64,000 nucleotides of DNA, taken from IMG/VR virus record IMGVR_UViG_3300019757_000003, positions 32,001-96,000 of that record; one strand, 5' to 3'. The notes under the pieces were generated by a model, which was given only the letters and a program-made list of their open reading frames with translations, ran no database searches and was not told the origin of the DNA. The position numbers and the translations under genes were made by a program. The stretch comes from a virus. Shown in pieces: positions 31,065-40,580 of this stretch; the first letter of the stretch is position 1; each line of letters begins with the position of its first letter.

Positions 31065-32198
31065 ATGAAAGAAAAGACAGATATAGTAGTAATTAGCCTC
31101 TTCGATGGATTAAGTGGTGCTCGTCTAGCTTTAGATGAAGTAGAACACCTAAATATATTGAGGTACTACTCTAGTGAAATAGATAAGTACGCAATACAAG
31201 TAGCAGACAATAATTACCCACAAGATACAGAGTATAGACTAGGGTCAGTAGTAGACATTGATACTGATAAGCTATTAGCAGAGATACATGAAGACTTTGG
31301 TCCAGATGTAAAGATTCTACTAGTTGGAGGTAGTCCTTGTCAAGGGTTCTCTATGGCTGGTAAACTAAAAGGTTCATCTACAAAAGAGGGTATTGATGTA
31401 ACAGAACTAGAACAATACCTAGATTTGAAGGAGCAAGACTTTGAATTTGATGGACAATCCTATTTATTTTGGGAGTACATTAGAATTAAAGAGGCTATTC
31501 AACCAGATTATTGGCTATTGGAAAATGTTAGGGTAACTAAAAAGTGGTTACCAATGTTCAATAAAGCTACTGGTGTAGAACCAGTGTTCATTAATAGTGA
31601 AGTTCTATCAGCACAATCAAGACCTAGGTTTTATTGGTCTAACATAGCTATAGAACAGCCAATAAATAAAGGTATCCTAATAAGAGACATACTACTAGAT
31701 CTACCTATGGATAAGCCTCTTACTCCATTTATGTCAGGTGAATTTGATGGAGTTAGTAGATTAGACAAAGGCATATTCAATTTTACAGATTTACCAAAAG
31801 GAATGTGTCAAACAGTTGGTAGTGGTCATGGGAATAAGTACTTAATCAGTAGACCTTGTGAAATGTTACCAAAGAAAAAGAATAGTACTCACGTAGCAGA
31901 TGCTGCTGATATTAAAGGTAACGAGAGCATTAAACGAGTCTACTCTATAGATGGAAAGTCACCGACTGTAACTACTCAACAAGGTGGTCATAGAGAGGTT
32001 AAAGTACTAATAGACGAATGTAGATATAGAAAGCTAACACCACTAGAGTGTGAGAGATTACAGACACTACCAGACAACACAACACAAATACTGAAACTTA
32101 ATGGGAAAGATTTGATTAGTGATACTCAAAGATTTAAGATGATAGGAAATGGCTTCACTAGAGATGTTATAGCACATATCTTTAAAGGTATTAAGTAA
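31065..32198 (+). CDS. C5-cytosine DNA methyltransferase
   Basis: SLFDG, GSPCQGFS, LLENV, QSRPR, RKLTP.ECERLQ, IGNG. Confidence 0.95.
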   Translation: MKEKTDIVVISLFDGLSGARLALDEVEHLNILRYYSSEIDKYAIQVADNNYPQDTEYRLGSVVDIDTDKLLAEIHEDFGPDVKILLVGGSPCQGFSMAGKLKGSSTKEGIDVTELEQYLDLKEQDFEFDGQSYLFWEYIRIKEAIQPDYWLLENVRVTKKWLPMFNKATGVEPVFINSEVLSAQSRPRFYWSNIAIEQPINKGILIRDILLDLPMDKPLTPFMSGEFDGVSRLDKGIFNFTDLPKGMCQTVGSGHGNKYLISRPCEMLPKKKNSTHVADAADIKGNESIKRVYSIDGKSPTVTTQQGGHREVKVLIDECRYRKLTPLECERLQTLPDNTTQILKLNGKDLISDTQRFKMIGNGFTRDVIAHIFKGIK

Positions 32199-32271
32199 CA
32201 ATTAATAGACCAATTACACTTAATGTCATAAAAAGATGTGTCCAACAATTTAAAACAACACAAGGATAAAC

Positions 32272-33174
32272 ATGGAAAATATGTTTCAAAACACAAGCGT
32301 AGAGAAGATCAAAGAGAACATTACAGTACAAGGTGCAGCAGGATTTTACAAACCAGGGATTCATAAAATTGTAGATACAGAAATCTTTATATTCGATACA
32401 GAATTTAACGGTAACACATACACAAATGCAGTTATTGAATTCATACGAGAGGATGGTGCAAAACTACAACAAGAACTGAAGACAAAAACAAAGTCCAATC
32501 AATCTGAAGGTGAAACTGACCTAAGTAACTTTATGGGTAAGATTGCAATGGGAACTGGTAGAGAAGCTGAGTATGATGGTTTAGGTGCTACATTTATGGA
32601 ACTACCTCTTACACCATATACAACTATGTATAAAAAAGAAGTGCAAGCTAAAGTTATTAGAATATTCTCAAATGCTAAATACTCAATTGTAACTACTACA
32701 AGTATTAGGGCTTCAAATGAATCATTGTACACTTCACAAATTCTTGATGAAAGATTTGTATTCAGAGCAGAAGATAATGCTTCATCTGGAGAAATTAAAG
32801 ATGGAGATGAAGAAAAGTTCGGAAAAAGCTTTGAGTATTGGTCTGATGAAGACAATGTCAAAGACAAAATAAGTATTGCTTATGTTAAAAGTAACTATGA
32901 CAACTGGGATGGAGACTACTCTGATAGAACAGTAAAAGATTGTGTAACACAAGCTGTAGAGTACTTTAAAGATGGTGGAAATCTGTCAGAACCTTTACCT
33001 AATCAAGATGGTGTAGATAAAGCTGACTTAGAGAGAGTAGGTACATTATTTATTGATGGTCTAAGTGCAGCAGATGTTAAGCAAAGAATGTCTGACCTTA
33101 AAGGTGTAGAGACTGCAACTACTTCTATTGATGATGAAGAGCATTCTGATTCAGACGAACCAGACTTCAGTTAA
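32272..33174 (+). CDS. Probable single-stranded DNA-binding protein
   Basis: Acidic tail ending DSDEPDFS; position in the replication module next to AAA_24. Confidence 0.6.
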   Translation: MENMFQNTSVEKIKENITVQGAAGFYKPGIHKIVDTEIFIFDTEFNGNTYTNAVIEFIREDGAKLQQELKTKTKSNQSEGETDLSNFMGKIAMGTGREAEYDGLGATFMELPLTPYTTMYKKEVQAKVIRIFSNAKYSIVTTTSIRASNESLYTSQILDERFVFRAEDNASSGEIKDGDEEKFGKSFEYWSDEDNVKDKISIAYVKSNYDNWDGDYSDRTVKDCVTQAVEYFKDGGNLSEPLPNQDGVDKADLERVGTLFIDGLSAADVKQRMSDLKGVETATTSIDDEEHSDSDEPDFS

Positions 33175-33182
33175 GGAAATAG

Positions 33183-34073
33183 ATGGCAAGTGCAACATTT
33201 AAAATGTCAAATGCTGATGAGATAAGAACAACAAGAGGGACTTCTTTCTTGTTGTATGGTCCATCAGCTTCAAGAAAAACAAGAACTCTTGGTAGTATGC
33301 CTGATGAGTCTGTTACCCTACATATCTCACTAGACAGTGGGTCAAACTCGGCTTCTGATGCTGCTAAATTATTAGGGAACACTAAAGCTGTACATAAAGT
33401 GACATCACCAACAAGTTTAAAAGAACTAAATGACGTGATAATAGCTTTACATACAAATAGTGCTTACAAAGATAAAGTAGACAATGTAGTTGTGGACAAC
33501 CTAGTTGTGATAGCAAGCTGGGTTCAGAGTTTTGTAGCAGCTAGTCCTAGGTACAAAAAGGATGCGTTACATGTCGAAGATGCTGTAACTGATGACACAA
33601 GTAAACAAGCAGCAGGTTCAAAAATGATGCCTTACTACGGAGATGTGCAAAGAGTTACTAGAGAACTTATAGAAAAAATACTTCAAATAACCAATAACTA
33701 CAATGTTTTTGTGTTAGCAGGTGAGACAATATCTGTAAACGAAGTAGGGTCGCCTATCACTACTGTACTAGTAAATGGTCCAAAGAGTATAACCCCAATA
33801 ACATCAATGTTCTCGGAAGTTTACAGAACTACTTTCACAGAAGGTGATTTTGACAGTTCAGACCATACTGCAACATTCTTTAAAGTATCAACACATAAGA
33901 ATCCTTTAACAGGAAGTTCTGTATTTTGTAAAACTAGAAATATAAAAGATTTAGAACAACTTAAACTAAACAAAATACCAGCAGATTTTAATCATATACT
34001 ATCAGATGTCATAGGTTATGTTTGGAAGAAGTCTAGGGTAAAAGAAGTAGTAGAGAAAGAGAAGACTAAATAG
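33183..34073 (+). CDS. AAA_24 / Sak4-like P-loop protein
   Basis: LLYGPSASRKT, VVVDNL, YG...,  K.R. Confidence 0.75.
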   Translation: MASATFKMSNADEIRTTRGTSFLLYGPSASRKTRTLGSMPDESVTLHISLDSGSNSASDAAKLLGNTKAVHKVTSPTSLKELNDVIIALHTNSAYKDKVDNVVVDNLVVIASWVQSFVAASPRYKKDALHVEDAVTDDTSKQAAGSKMMPYYGDVQRVTRELIEKILQITNNYNVFVLAGETISVNEVGSPITTVLVNGPKSITPITSMFSEVYRTTFTEGDFDSSDHTATFFKVSTHKNPLTGSSVFCKTRNIKDLEQLKLNKIPADFNHILSDVIGYVWKKSRVKEVVEKEKTK

Positions 34074-34205
34074 GCTTAAGATACTGTGCCTTTAAACAGA
34101 ATGAGAGTGGCTTGATTCTCAGTAGCCTTAACACTATGAGTGACTAGTAATCTTCTCTACTAGACAGTAAGTGAAAGTCTTACACAAAAAATAACAAGGA
34201 AAATA

Positions 34206-34499
34206 ATGAGAGATTTAGTCAAAGAACTAACAATAGAGAGAGATGAGTTATCAAGTAAACTAGAAAAACTTACAGAATTTATTGATGGAGACATCTATAA
34301 CACATTGACAGAATCATACCAATGTGCACTAGTTACACAGAGTACTATTATGGGTTCGTATGTAAACATACTAAATACTAGAATTAAATTACTAGTAGAT
34401 GGTAAAGTAACTCAAACACTATCTACCGATAAGTATAATGATAACTTTGATATGGCTGAAGAACGTGAACTAAATAACGAAACAAAAGAAGGAAAATAA
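34206..34499 (+). CDS. crAss001_48 / T4 DenB.1-like helical protein, candidate nucleotide-signal sponge
   Basis: E.DEL..KL.KL..FI....Y..L....Q..L..Q...M..Y..IL..RI. Confidence 0.7.
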   Translation: MRDLVKELTIERDELSSKLEKLTEFIDGDIYNTLTESYQCALVTQSTIMGSYVNILNTRIKLLVDGKVTQTLSTDKYNDNFDMAEERELNNETKEGK

Positions 34500-34672
34500 T
34501 GACAAACTTTAACGCAACAAAACAACAAATGATGGATTGCTTAGACCAAATTGAAAAATATGAGGTTAAGCCAACTAAAGCAGAATCAGCAAGAATTAGA
34601 AACTCTTTAAATACTATTAAAAAAGGTATTACAGAAGCTAAACGAGACTTACTCACAGCAGATAAAGGGTAA
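34499..34672 (+). CDS. 57-aa Hc1/histone-H1-like small basic protein, missing from the ORF track
   Basis: TAATG-coupled with AAGGA RBS; KPTKAESARIRNSLNTIKK...KR resembles the G.KAA..RARK.L..LKK motif. Confidence 0.6.
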   Translation: MTNFNATKQQMMDCLDQIEKYEVKPTKAESARIRNSLNTIKKGITEAKRDLLTADKG

Positions 34673-34676
34673 TTGA

Positions 34677-35750
34677 TTGATAGAGGTTAGTAAGAAAAAG
34701 CTCTTCTCTCCAGATGCAGATAACAAGATTAAGATGTTTAGTGGGGACACTGACAACTTAATTGATATGATTGACCAAGACTTACCAGATTTTTATCAAA
34801 GATACTCTGAGAAGATGTTTGCTAATAATTGGCATCCACATAAGTACCCAGTGTCAGAAGATATGGCAGACTTTAAGAATCTGTCATCTATAGAGAGAGA
34901 GACTTTAGACAAAGCACTATCACACTTATCAGGACTAGATAGCTATCAAGTAAATAATCTACCTGAGATAGCTAGTAGAATTAGATACCCAGAAGTAGTA
35001 GGTGTACTATCTACGCATACAGCAGAAGAAAGTTTACACTCATATTCTTATGCGTATATATTTAATACTCTGTATTCAAAAGATGAAGCTAGAACAGTAA
35101 GAGATTTACTGAAGACAGACCCAATTATGAGAAATAGGGCTATAGATATTACAGATAGTTATGAGAATAGCTCAAAAGATGATTCACTACATACTATGTT
35201 ACAAGTACTTCTTACTAACCTAACACTTGAAGGGATTATGTTCTACAACATATTTAACTTCTTCTTTTACTTAAAGTACCAAGGTAAGATGACTAACACA
35301 GCAGTAGTTATAAGTTGGATCAAGAAACAAGAACTAGTCCATGTACAAATCTTTTTAGAACTTTTACTGAGATTTAAAGAAGACTACCCAGAAGAGTGGG
35401 ATGAATCCTTTATAGCAGATTTTATTGAAACTCAAGTTAAACTAGAAGTGGTATATAGTACATATATTATAGACCCTAGAATACCAGGATTTTCTAAAGA
35501 AAACATCGAGAAGTATACTAAATCAAGAGCTAATACTCTACTTAGGTTATTAAAGATAGACCATAAGATTCCAGATGCTTCCAACCCTTACACTCACTTA
35601 GAGAAAGTAAGTAATGTAGGTACAGAAGAGAATCCTGATGTAGGTTCTACAGAAACAGCTATATTTGAAACTCATAACACAAACTACTTCAACCCATATG
35701 TAAAAATACAAGATTTCAAGGAGTTTGCAAATGCTAGTAACAAAAAATAG
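34677..35750 (+). CDS. nrdB: Class I ribonucleotide reductase beta subunit
   Basis: NNW.P, LDS.Q, EE.LH..SY, LEGI.FY, QE..H di-metal ligands. Confidence 0.92.
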   Translation: MIEVSKKKLFSPDADNKIKMFSGDTDNLIDMIDQDLPDFYQRYSEKMFANNWHPHKYPVSEDMADFKNLSSIERETLDKALSHLSGLDSYQVNNLPEIASRIRYPEVVGVLSTHTAEESLHSYSYAYIFNTLYSKDEARTVRDLLKTDPIMRNRAIDITDSYENSSKDDSLHTMLQVLLTNLTLEGIMFYNIFNFFFYLKYQGKMTNTAVVISWIKKQELVHVQIFLELLLRFKEDYPEEWDESFIADFIETQVKLEVVYSTYIIDPRIPGFSKENIEKYTKSRANTLLRLLKIDHKIPDASNPYTHLEKVSNVGTEENPDVGSTETAIFETHNTNYFNPYVKIQDFKEFANASNKK

Positions 35751-37881
35751 TGGGACTACAGAGGAGCTAGACTTCTCAAAGATAGAAGATATGATTAACT
35801 TTGCTTTTGAAGGAAGTGGCTTAGATAGTACTCAACTAATTCAGAAAGTTAATATAGCCTTCTATGAGGGTATTCCTACAAGGAGTATACAAGATTTAAT
35901 TATCTATGAAGCTAGGTTATTCATTAAACCTGACCAACCACATAACTACAAATGGGCTGTTATAGTAGGTAGATTGCAAGCTACACAACTTCATGGAGAT
36001 ATTCATAAGAATACTGGATTTAATCAAGTAGATTTTGTAAAAGGGTACAAGCAGTTAGTTAAACAAAACTACTACCAAAAAGATTGCTCTAAATCAACAC
36101 TTAAAGAGCTTTTAAAGTTTATGGACTTAGAAGCAGACTTTACACAGCCTACGCAATCTATAGTATCACTTAAGAACACATATCTTATTAAAGACACTAA
36201 AGGTAATCATATTGAGTACCCACAATGGGCTGTTATGGCTGATGCTATTCTAACATCTGATGGTACAGTCTCTGATATTAAGAGAATCTATGAAGACACT
36301 TCTTCTTTAAGATTATCTCCAGCTACACCACCTAAAAAGAATTTACGAACTGGTGGTAATACAGCTAGTTGTTTCAGTATTATGCCAGAGGATAGCTTAA
36401 CGGATATTATGAAAGCTGTAGATGATTCAGCACAGATAAGCAAAGCTGGTGGGGGTTTAGCTGTGTATGTCGGTAAGATTAGACCAAGTGGTTCTGCTAT
36501 ACAGAAGACAGGTAATGCTGCAACCCACCTAAATAAGTGGGTAAGATTCTTTGACCAAGTAGCTGGTACAGTAGACCAATTGGGGACTAGGAGTGCTGCT
36601 ATTACAGTGGCAAATGATTGGTTTCATTATGACTTCTTAGAGTTTTTAGAGATTGGTACAGAAGATGGAGGAGACTTAAGACTCAAATCTTTTGATATTA
36701 TACCTCAGTTCCTAATCAACAACTACTTTGCTCAAAAGGTTAAAGACAAGGAAGATGTGTACTTAGTAAACAACTATGACTGTATAAAACATTTAAATAT
36801 AGACTTGACAGAGCTTATTGATGAAGAGTTTAAAACAGCATATGAAGTAGTTCTACAGAACCTAGACAAAGTACAACATAAGAAAATAAATGCTTATAAA
36901 TTATGGGTAGATATGTGGGAAGTTTATTTTAAAATAGGTAAGGTCAACATTACTGATAAAGATAATATAAATACAAATAACTATCTTAAAGCTCATTATA
37001 AAGCACAAACAGCTAACTTATGCTTAGAGTCGTGGTCTATCAATACTAAAGAGTACTCACATACTTGCAACTTAATATCTATTAATTTAGCTAAGGTTGT
37101 ATTAAATGAGTCTCTTATGAAGAGAACTGTTAGAACAGCAGTAGATATATCACATAAAACACTTAGCTTATCAAAATATCCTATACAAACAGCAGCAAAT
37201 AGTGCAAGAGACTTACAAAATATAGGTATTGGAGTTATTGGTGGAGCAGATTGGTTAGCTTATAAGAATATGACTTACAATGATGCAGGTCTTAAAGAAC
37301 TATCCAGAGTAATGGAGATGATAGCATTTTACGCTTACGAAAGAAGTGTTGAGATTGCTGAGGAGAAAGGTCCTTATCCACTATACCATAAAGCAAACTA
37401 CTCTAAGATGTTTAACAAAACACCTGAAGAACTCAATAAAGCAAGTCTAAATGGATTTGATTGGGTAGGTTTAAATAAAGATATAGTAACTAAAGGTATT
37501 GCTCATTTCTTGCTACTATCACCAGCACCTAACGCAGGAACTGGAGTAGTTATGGGAGCTAGTCCTAATTATGGACCAGTAACCTCAACTTGTCACTTTA
37601 AAGATATGAAGAGTATTACTCCTATTATTGTACCACCTTATGCAGATGAGAAAGGTTTATTGTATAGAACTAAAGGTTCATTTGATGGTATCTTCTTCTT
37701 AGACTTAACTGTAGCTATACAGCAATGGGTAGATACAGGTGTTAGTAATGAGATAGGTATTAATCCTGAGATATTTAGTATGGTAGAATTTAGTGATAAA
37801 TTACTAGACTACATTATAAATAAACAGATAAATGCTGTGTACTATATGAGTGAGACATCATGCTCAACTTGTGCTAATTAG
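35731..37881 (+). CDS. nrdA: Class I ribonucleotide reductase alpha subunit with ATP cone
   Basis: V.K..G..E..D..KI cone; PATP, ASCF, GGG, NLCLE, CNL.SINL, IGIG, AP, YY, C-terminal CSTC; ATG 35731 follows AAGGAG. Confidence 0.95.
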   Translation: MLVTKNSGTTEELDFSKIEDMINFAFEGSGLDSTQLIQKVNIAFYEGIPTRSIQDLIIYEARLFIKPDQPHNYKWAVIVGRLQATQLHGDIHKNTGFNQVDFVKGYKQLVKQNYYQKDCSKSTLKELLKFMDLEADFTQPTQSIVSLKNTYLIKDTKGNHIEYPQWAVMADAILTSDGTVSDIKRIYEDTSSLRLSPATPPKKNLRTGGNTASCFSIMPEDSLTDIMKAVDDSAQISKAGGGLAVYVGKIRPSGSAIQKTGNAATHLNKWVRFFDQVAGTVDQLGTRSAAITVANDWFHYDFLEFLEIGTEDGGDLRLKSFDIIPQFLINNYFAQKVKDKEDVYLVNNYDCIKHLNIDLTELIDEEFKTAYEVVLQNLDKVQHKKINAYKLWVDMWEVYFKIGKVNITDKDNINTNNYLKAHYKAQTANLCLESWSINTKEYSHTCNLISINLAKVVLNESLMKRTVRTAVDISHKTLSLSKYPIQTAANSARDLQNIGIGVIGGADWLAYKNMTYNDAGLKELSRVMEMIAFYAYERSVEIAEEKGPYPLYHKANYSKMFNKTPEELNKASLNGFDWVGLNKDIVTKGIAHFLLLSPAPNAGTGVVMGASPNYGPVTSTCHFKDMKSITPIIVPPYADEKGLLYRTKGSFDGIFFLDLTVAIQQWVDTGVSNEIGINPEIFSMVEFSDKLLDYIINKQINAVYYMSETSCSTCAN

Positions 37882-38477
37882 TGAGTGCTACTAACAGAGG
37901 TAGTAAGGTAATCTCACAAGAGTTTTACCCTACACCAGACTACACAATAGAATCTATACTAAAAGAAATAGATTTTACTAAGGTAAACTCCTTTACAGAA
38001 CCTTGTAGAGGAGAAGGTCATATCTATAATAAAGTAAATGTTCCTAATAAATACTATGCAGAGCTTAGTGAGGGTATAGACTACCTAACAACAGAAATGC
38101 CTAATGTAGACCTAATACTTACTAATCCACCTTTTAGTCTAGCTCAAGAATTTATAACTAAAGCTAGAACTGAAGCTAAATGTGTGATTATGTTACAAAG
38201 ATTGAACTACCTTGGCTCACAAGCTAGGAAAGCGTTCTGGAACTCCAATCCACCTACTCATATATTTGTCTTATCAAAGAGACCTAAATTCATAGCTAAG
38301 TGTAACAACAAATCTTGTGATAATAAAGAGAGTTTTCAGATAACAGAACCACCTACAATATGTGAGTGTGGTAAGACTGTTACACCTGCAAGTGATGCTG
38401 CTGAGTACGCTTTCTTTGTGTTTCAATCGGAAGATACAAATATTATGTACAAAGACAATGGAGTACACGTAATTTAA
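37881..38477 (+). CDS. Amino-DNA methyltransferase (probably N6-adenine)
   Basis: FYPTP, EPCRGEG (SAM binding), TNPPFS catalytic motif. Confidence 0.88.
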   Translation: MSATNRGSKVISQEFYPTPDYTIESILKEIDFTKVNSFTEPCRGEGHIYNKVNVPNKYYAELSEGIDYLTTEMPNVDLILTNPPFSLAQEFITKARTEAKCVIMLQRLNYLGSQARKAFWNSNPPTHIFVLSKRPKFIAKCNNKSCDNKESFQITEPPTICECGKTVTPASDAAEYAFFVFQSEDTNIMYKDNGVHVI

Positions 38478-38490
38478 CAAGGAGAAATAG

Positions 38491-38685
38491 ATAAATAAGA
38501 GAACATTAATTTGGTTAGGTTTAGTTAGTTTTCTAATTAGACCTACCAAGAAACAAACAAGAATAACGTCACCACCAAATCACATTAGCAAACAAAGTTC
38601 GGCTAGAAAAGTAAGTTTCTACCCGGAACCTAGATACAATTTAAAGATACCAAGAACTAATAAAACAAAATACGAAGGAAAATAA
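38491..38685 (+). CDS. 64-aa basic protein with a hydrophobic N-terminus; probable ATA start
   Basis: AAGGAG 38479-38484, ATA 38491, frame open to TAA 38683-38685 overlapping the next ATG. Confidence 0.5.
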   Translation: MNKRTLIWLGLVSFLIRPTKKQTRITSPPNHISKQSSARKVSFYPEPRYNLKIPRTNKTKYEGK

Positions 38686-39059
38686 TGACAAAAATAGAAG
38701 AAGCTAGAGTAAGAGTGCTAGAAGCTGAAATAGTACAAAAACAACTATATATAGATGTTCACTCTGGAGTAGATGTATCAGACTACACTCTACGAAAAGC
38801 ACAAGCTAGTGTTCTTAGAACAGAAGCAAATGAGAAAATAGTACTAAGTACAGAATTGTTGAAAGATGAGAATTGTACAGAACATAGCTCTAATATACTA
38901 GTTGGAGATATAGTCATTTTTAACTCTGGTAGTCCATCTATGACAGTAATTGGTGGAAACAAGGATGCAGTAGTATGTGAATGGATAAATAACGAGGGTA
39001 TTATAAGTCAACATAGATTTGACAGAAGATGTGTAACTAAAACAAAAGAAGGAAAATAA
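38685..39059 (+). CDS. Protein with a C-terminal YodC/DUF2158 domain
   Basis: VGDIV...SG.P.MTV......V.C.W. Confidence 0.75.
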   Translation: MTKIEEARVRVLEAEIVQKQLYIDVHSGVDVSDYTLRKAQASVLRTEANEKIVLSTELLKDENCTEHSSNILVGDIVIFNSGSPSMTVIGGNKDAVVCEWINNEGIISQHRFDRRCVTKTKEGK

Positions 39060-39616
39060 TGGAAGAAAACGAGCAAGAAATAGAACAAGCTACAGTAGAG
39101 TCAGTAACAGAAGTAACTTTATATAGAAAAGTAACACTTGAACCTATGACAAGACTACAGTACAATGAGTTTAGAGGATGGACACTACCAGAAGATGAGA
39201 ATGAAGAAGACTCAGGATTCAAAGTGACTTCTTTAGAGAATGGTCATGTATCTTGGAGCCCATCAAAAATAGTTCAACAAGAAATCATAGACCCTACTCA
39301 AACAGAACATGATAAAGATTCTGTACTAGAATCACTAGGTATTCATACAGACGGAGAACTGAAACACTTGATTAATCAAGCTAAAGAGCTAATTAAGACT
39401 AGGAAAACAGAAGCTAAAGAACTAGCTAAACTAGAACGAGAAAGAATCAAAAATGAAGGTTTAGAGGAAGCTCTAGCTAAGTATGCTGAGACTAACGAAC
39501 TAGGTAAAAGAATCTACAACTTTAAAGAAGTGTCTGAGCTTACGGGTGTAAGTACAACTAGGATTAAGAAAGCTTTAGAAGCTCAACAAACTAAAGAACC
39601 TGAGACAGTTGTGTGA
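39059..39616 (+). CDS. Protein with a PMTR..YN..RGW...G..SWSP domain, coiled coil and C-terminal HTH
   Basis: EPMTRLQYNEFRGWTLPEDEN..DSGF.V....GHVSWSP; FKEVSELTGVSTTRI. Confidence 0.7.
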   Translation: MEENEQEIEQATVESVTEVTLYRKVTLEPMTRLQYNEFRGWTLPEDENEEDSGFKVTSLENGHVSWSPSKIVQQEIIDPTQTEHDKDSVLESLGIHTDGELKHLINQAKELIKTRKTEAKELAKLERERIKNEGLEEALAKYAETNELGKRIYNFKEVSELTGVSTTRIKKALEAQQTKEPETVV

Positions 39617-39866
39617 ATGTAGAATTTGTAGACTATAGTATAACAGGTAAGACATTTGAAGGTGTAGAAGAGTACCTTAATACTCAAAATATACCTTACA
39701 TACCGAGAATAGACAGAGAAGATAACTCAGATATTGAACTTCATGTAACTACTGATGACATACCTAGTCACAATACCTTTATTAAAGACTTATGTCTTAA
39801 AGGAGACTTATCAAATGTTGATAAGTATATTATTTATTTACAATGAATAGAAAAAAAGGAGTTTAT

Positions 39867-40580
39867 ATGAGATATAGACAGTTAGGAAATAGTTCTGCTT
39901 TCAATACTAAGATGACTAATAGTTCTTTTCTAGTAGAAGAAGGTGGTAAACAGTTACTAGTAGATTGTGGATACAATGTGTTTACAGAACTAAAAAGACT
40001 AGAGGAACTAGGCGAATTAGACTTGAGTAAGATAGATAATATATTTATTACTCACACGGATGATGACCATATTGGTTCTCTCAAGGCTTTTCTGTACTAC
40101 AGATACTTCGTACTAGGTAAGACTACTGAGATTTACTCAGGAGACTATGACGGTCTGTGCAACTACTTGAATGGAGTGAATTCACAAGTAAGAGACTTTA
40201 GGAAAGTAAAAGCAAAGATTTATGACCTAAAACTAGGTTTACCTAATGTCTTATTTGAGGGTTATAATGTAATTACAACAGATACTCATCATTATCAGAG
40301 TTGTAAAGGTATTGCTTTTGAGAAGATTAGTGGTAAAGATACTCTATACATATCTGGAGATACTAAAGCTTGTGAAGAGATTAAAGACACTATTCAGCAT
40401 ATATTAGATAATGGTGGTAGGTATAGAATATTTCATGATTTTAGTAACTTTGATGATGAGAGTAAACAAGTACATGCTTGTAAATCTGATACAGAAAGAG
40501 TATACAGTAAAGAAGTCTTAGAAGCTATTACTTGGTATCATAACGATACAGAATTTAATAGTGATTGGCAAGAACTATGA
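39867..40580 (+). CDS. MBL-fold metallohydrolase, Apyc1/RNase Z-like
   Basis: LG..SAF....N.SFL, LVDCG, ITHTDDDH.GSL, T.H, YISGDT, IFHD, VHA, H; ATG 39867 follows AAGGAG. Confidence 0.8.
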   Translation: MRYRQLGNSSAFNTKMTNSSFLVEEGGKQLLVDCGYNVFTELKRLEELGELDLSKIDNIFITHTDDDHIGSLKAFLYYRYFVLGKTTEIYSGDYDGLCNYLNGVNSQVRDFRKVKAKIYDLKLGLPNVLFEGYNVITTDTHHYQSCKGIAFEKISGKDTLYISGDTKACEEIKDTIQHILDNGGRYRIFHDFSNFDDESKQVHACKSDTERVYSKEVLEAITWYHNDTEFNSDWQEL

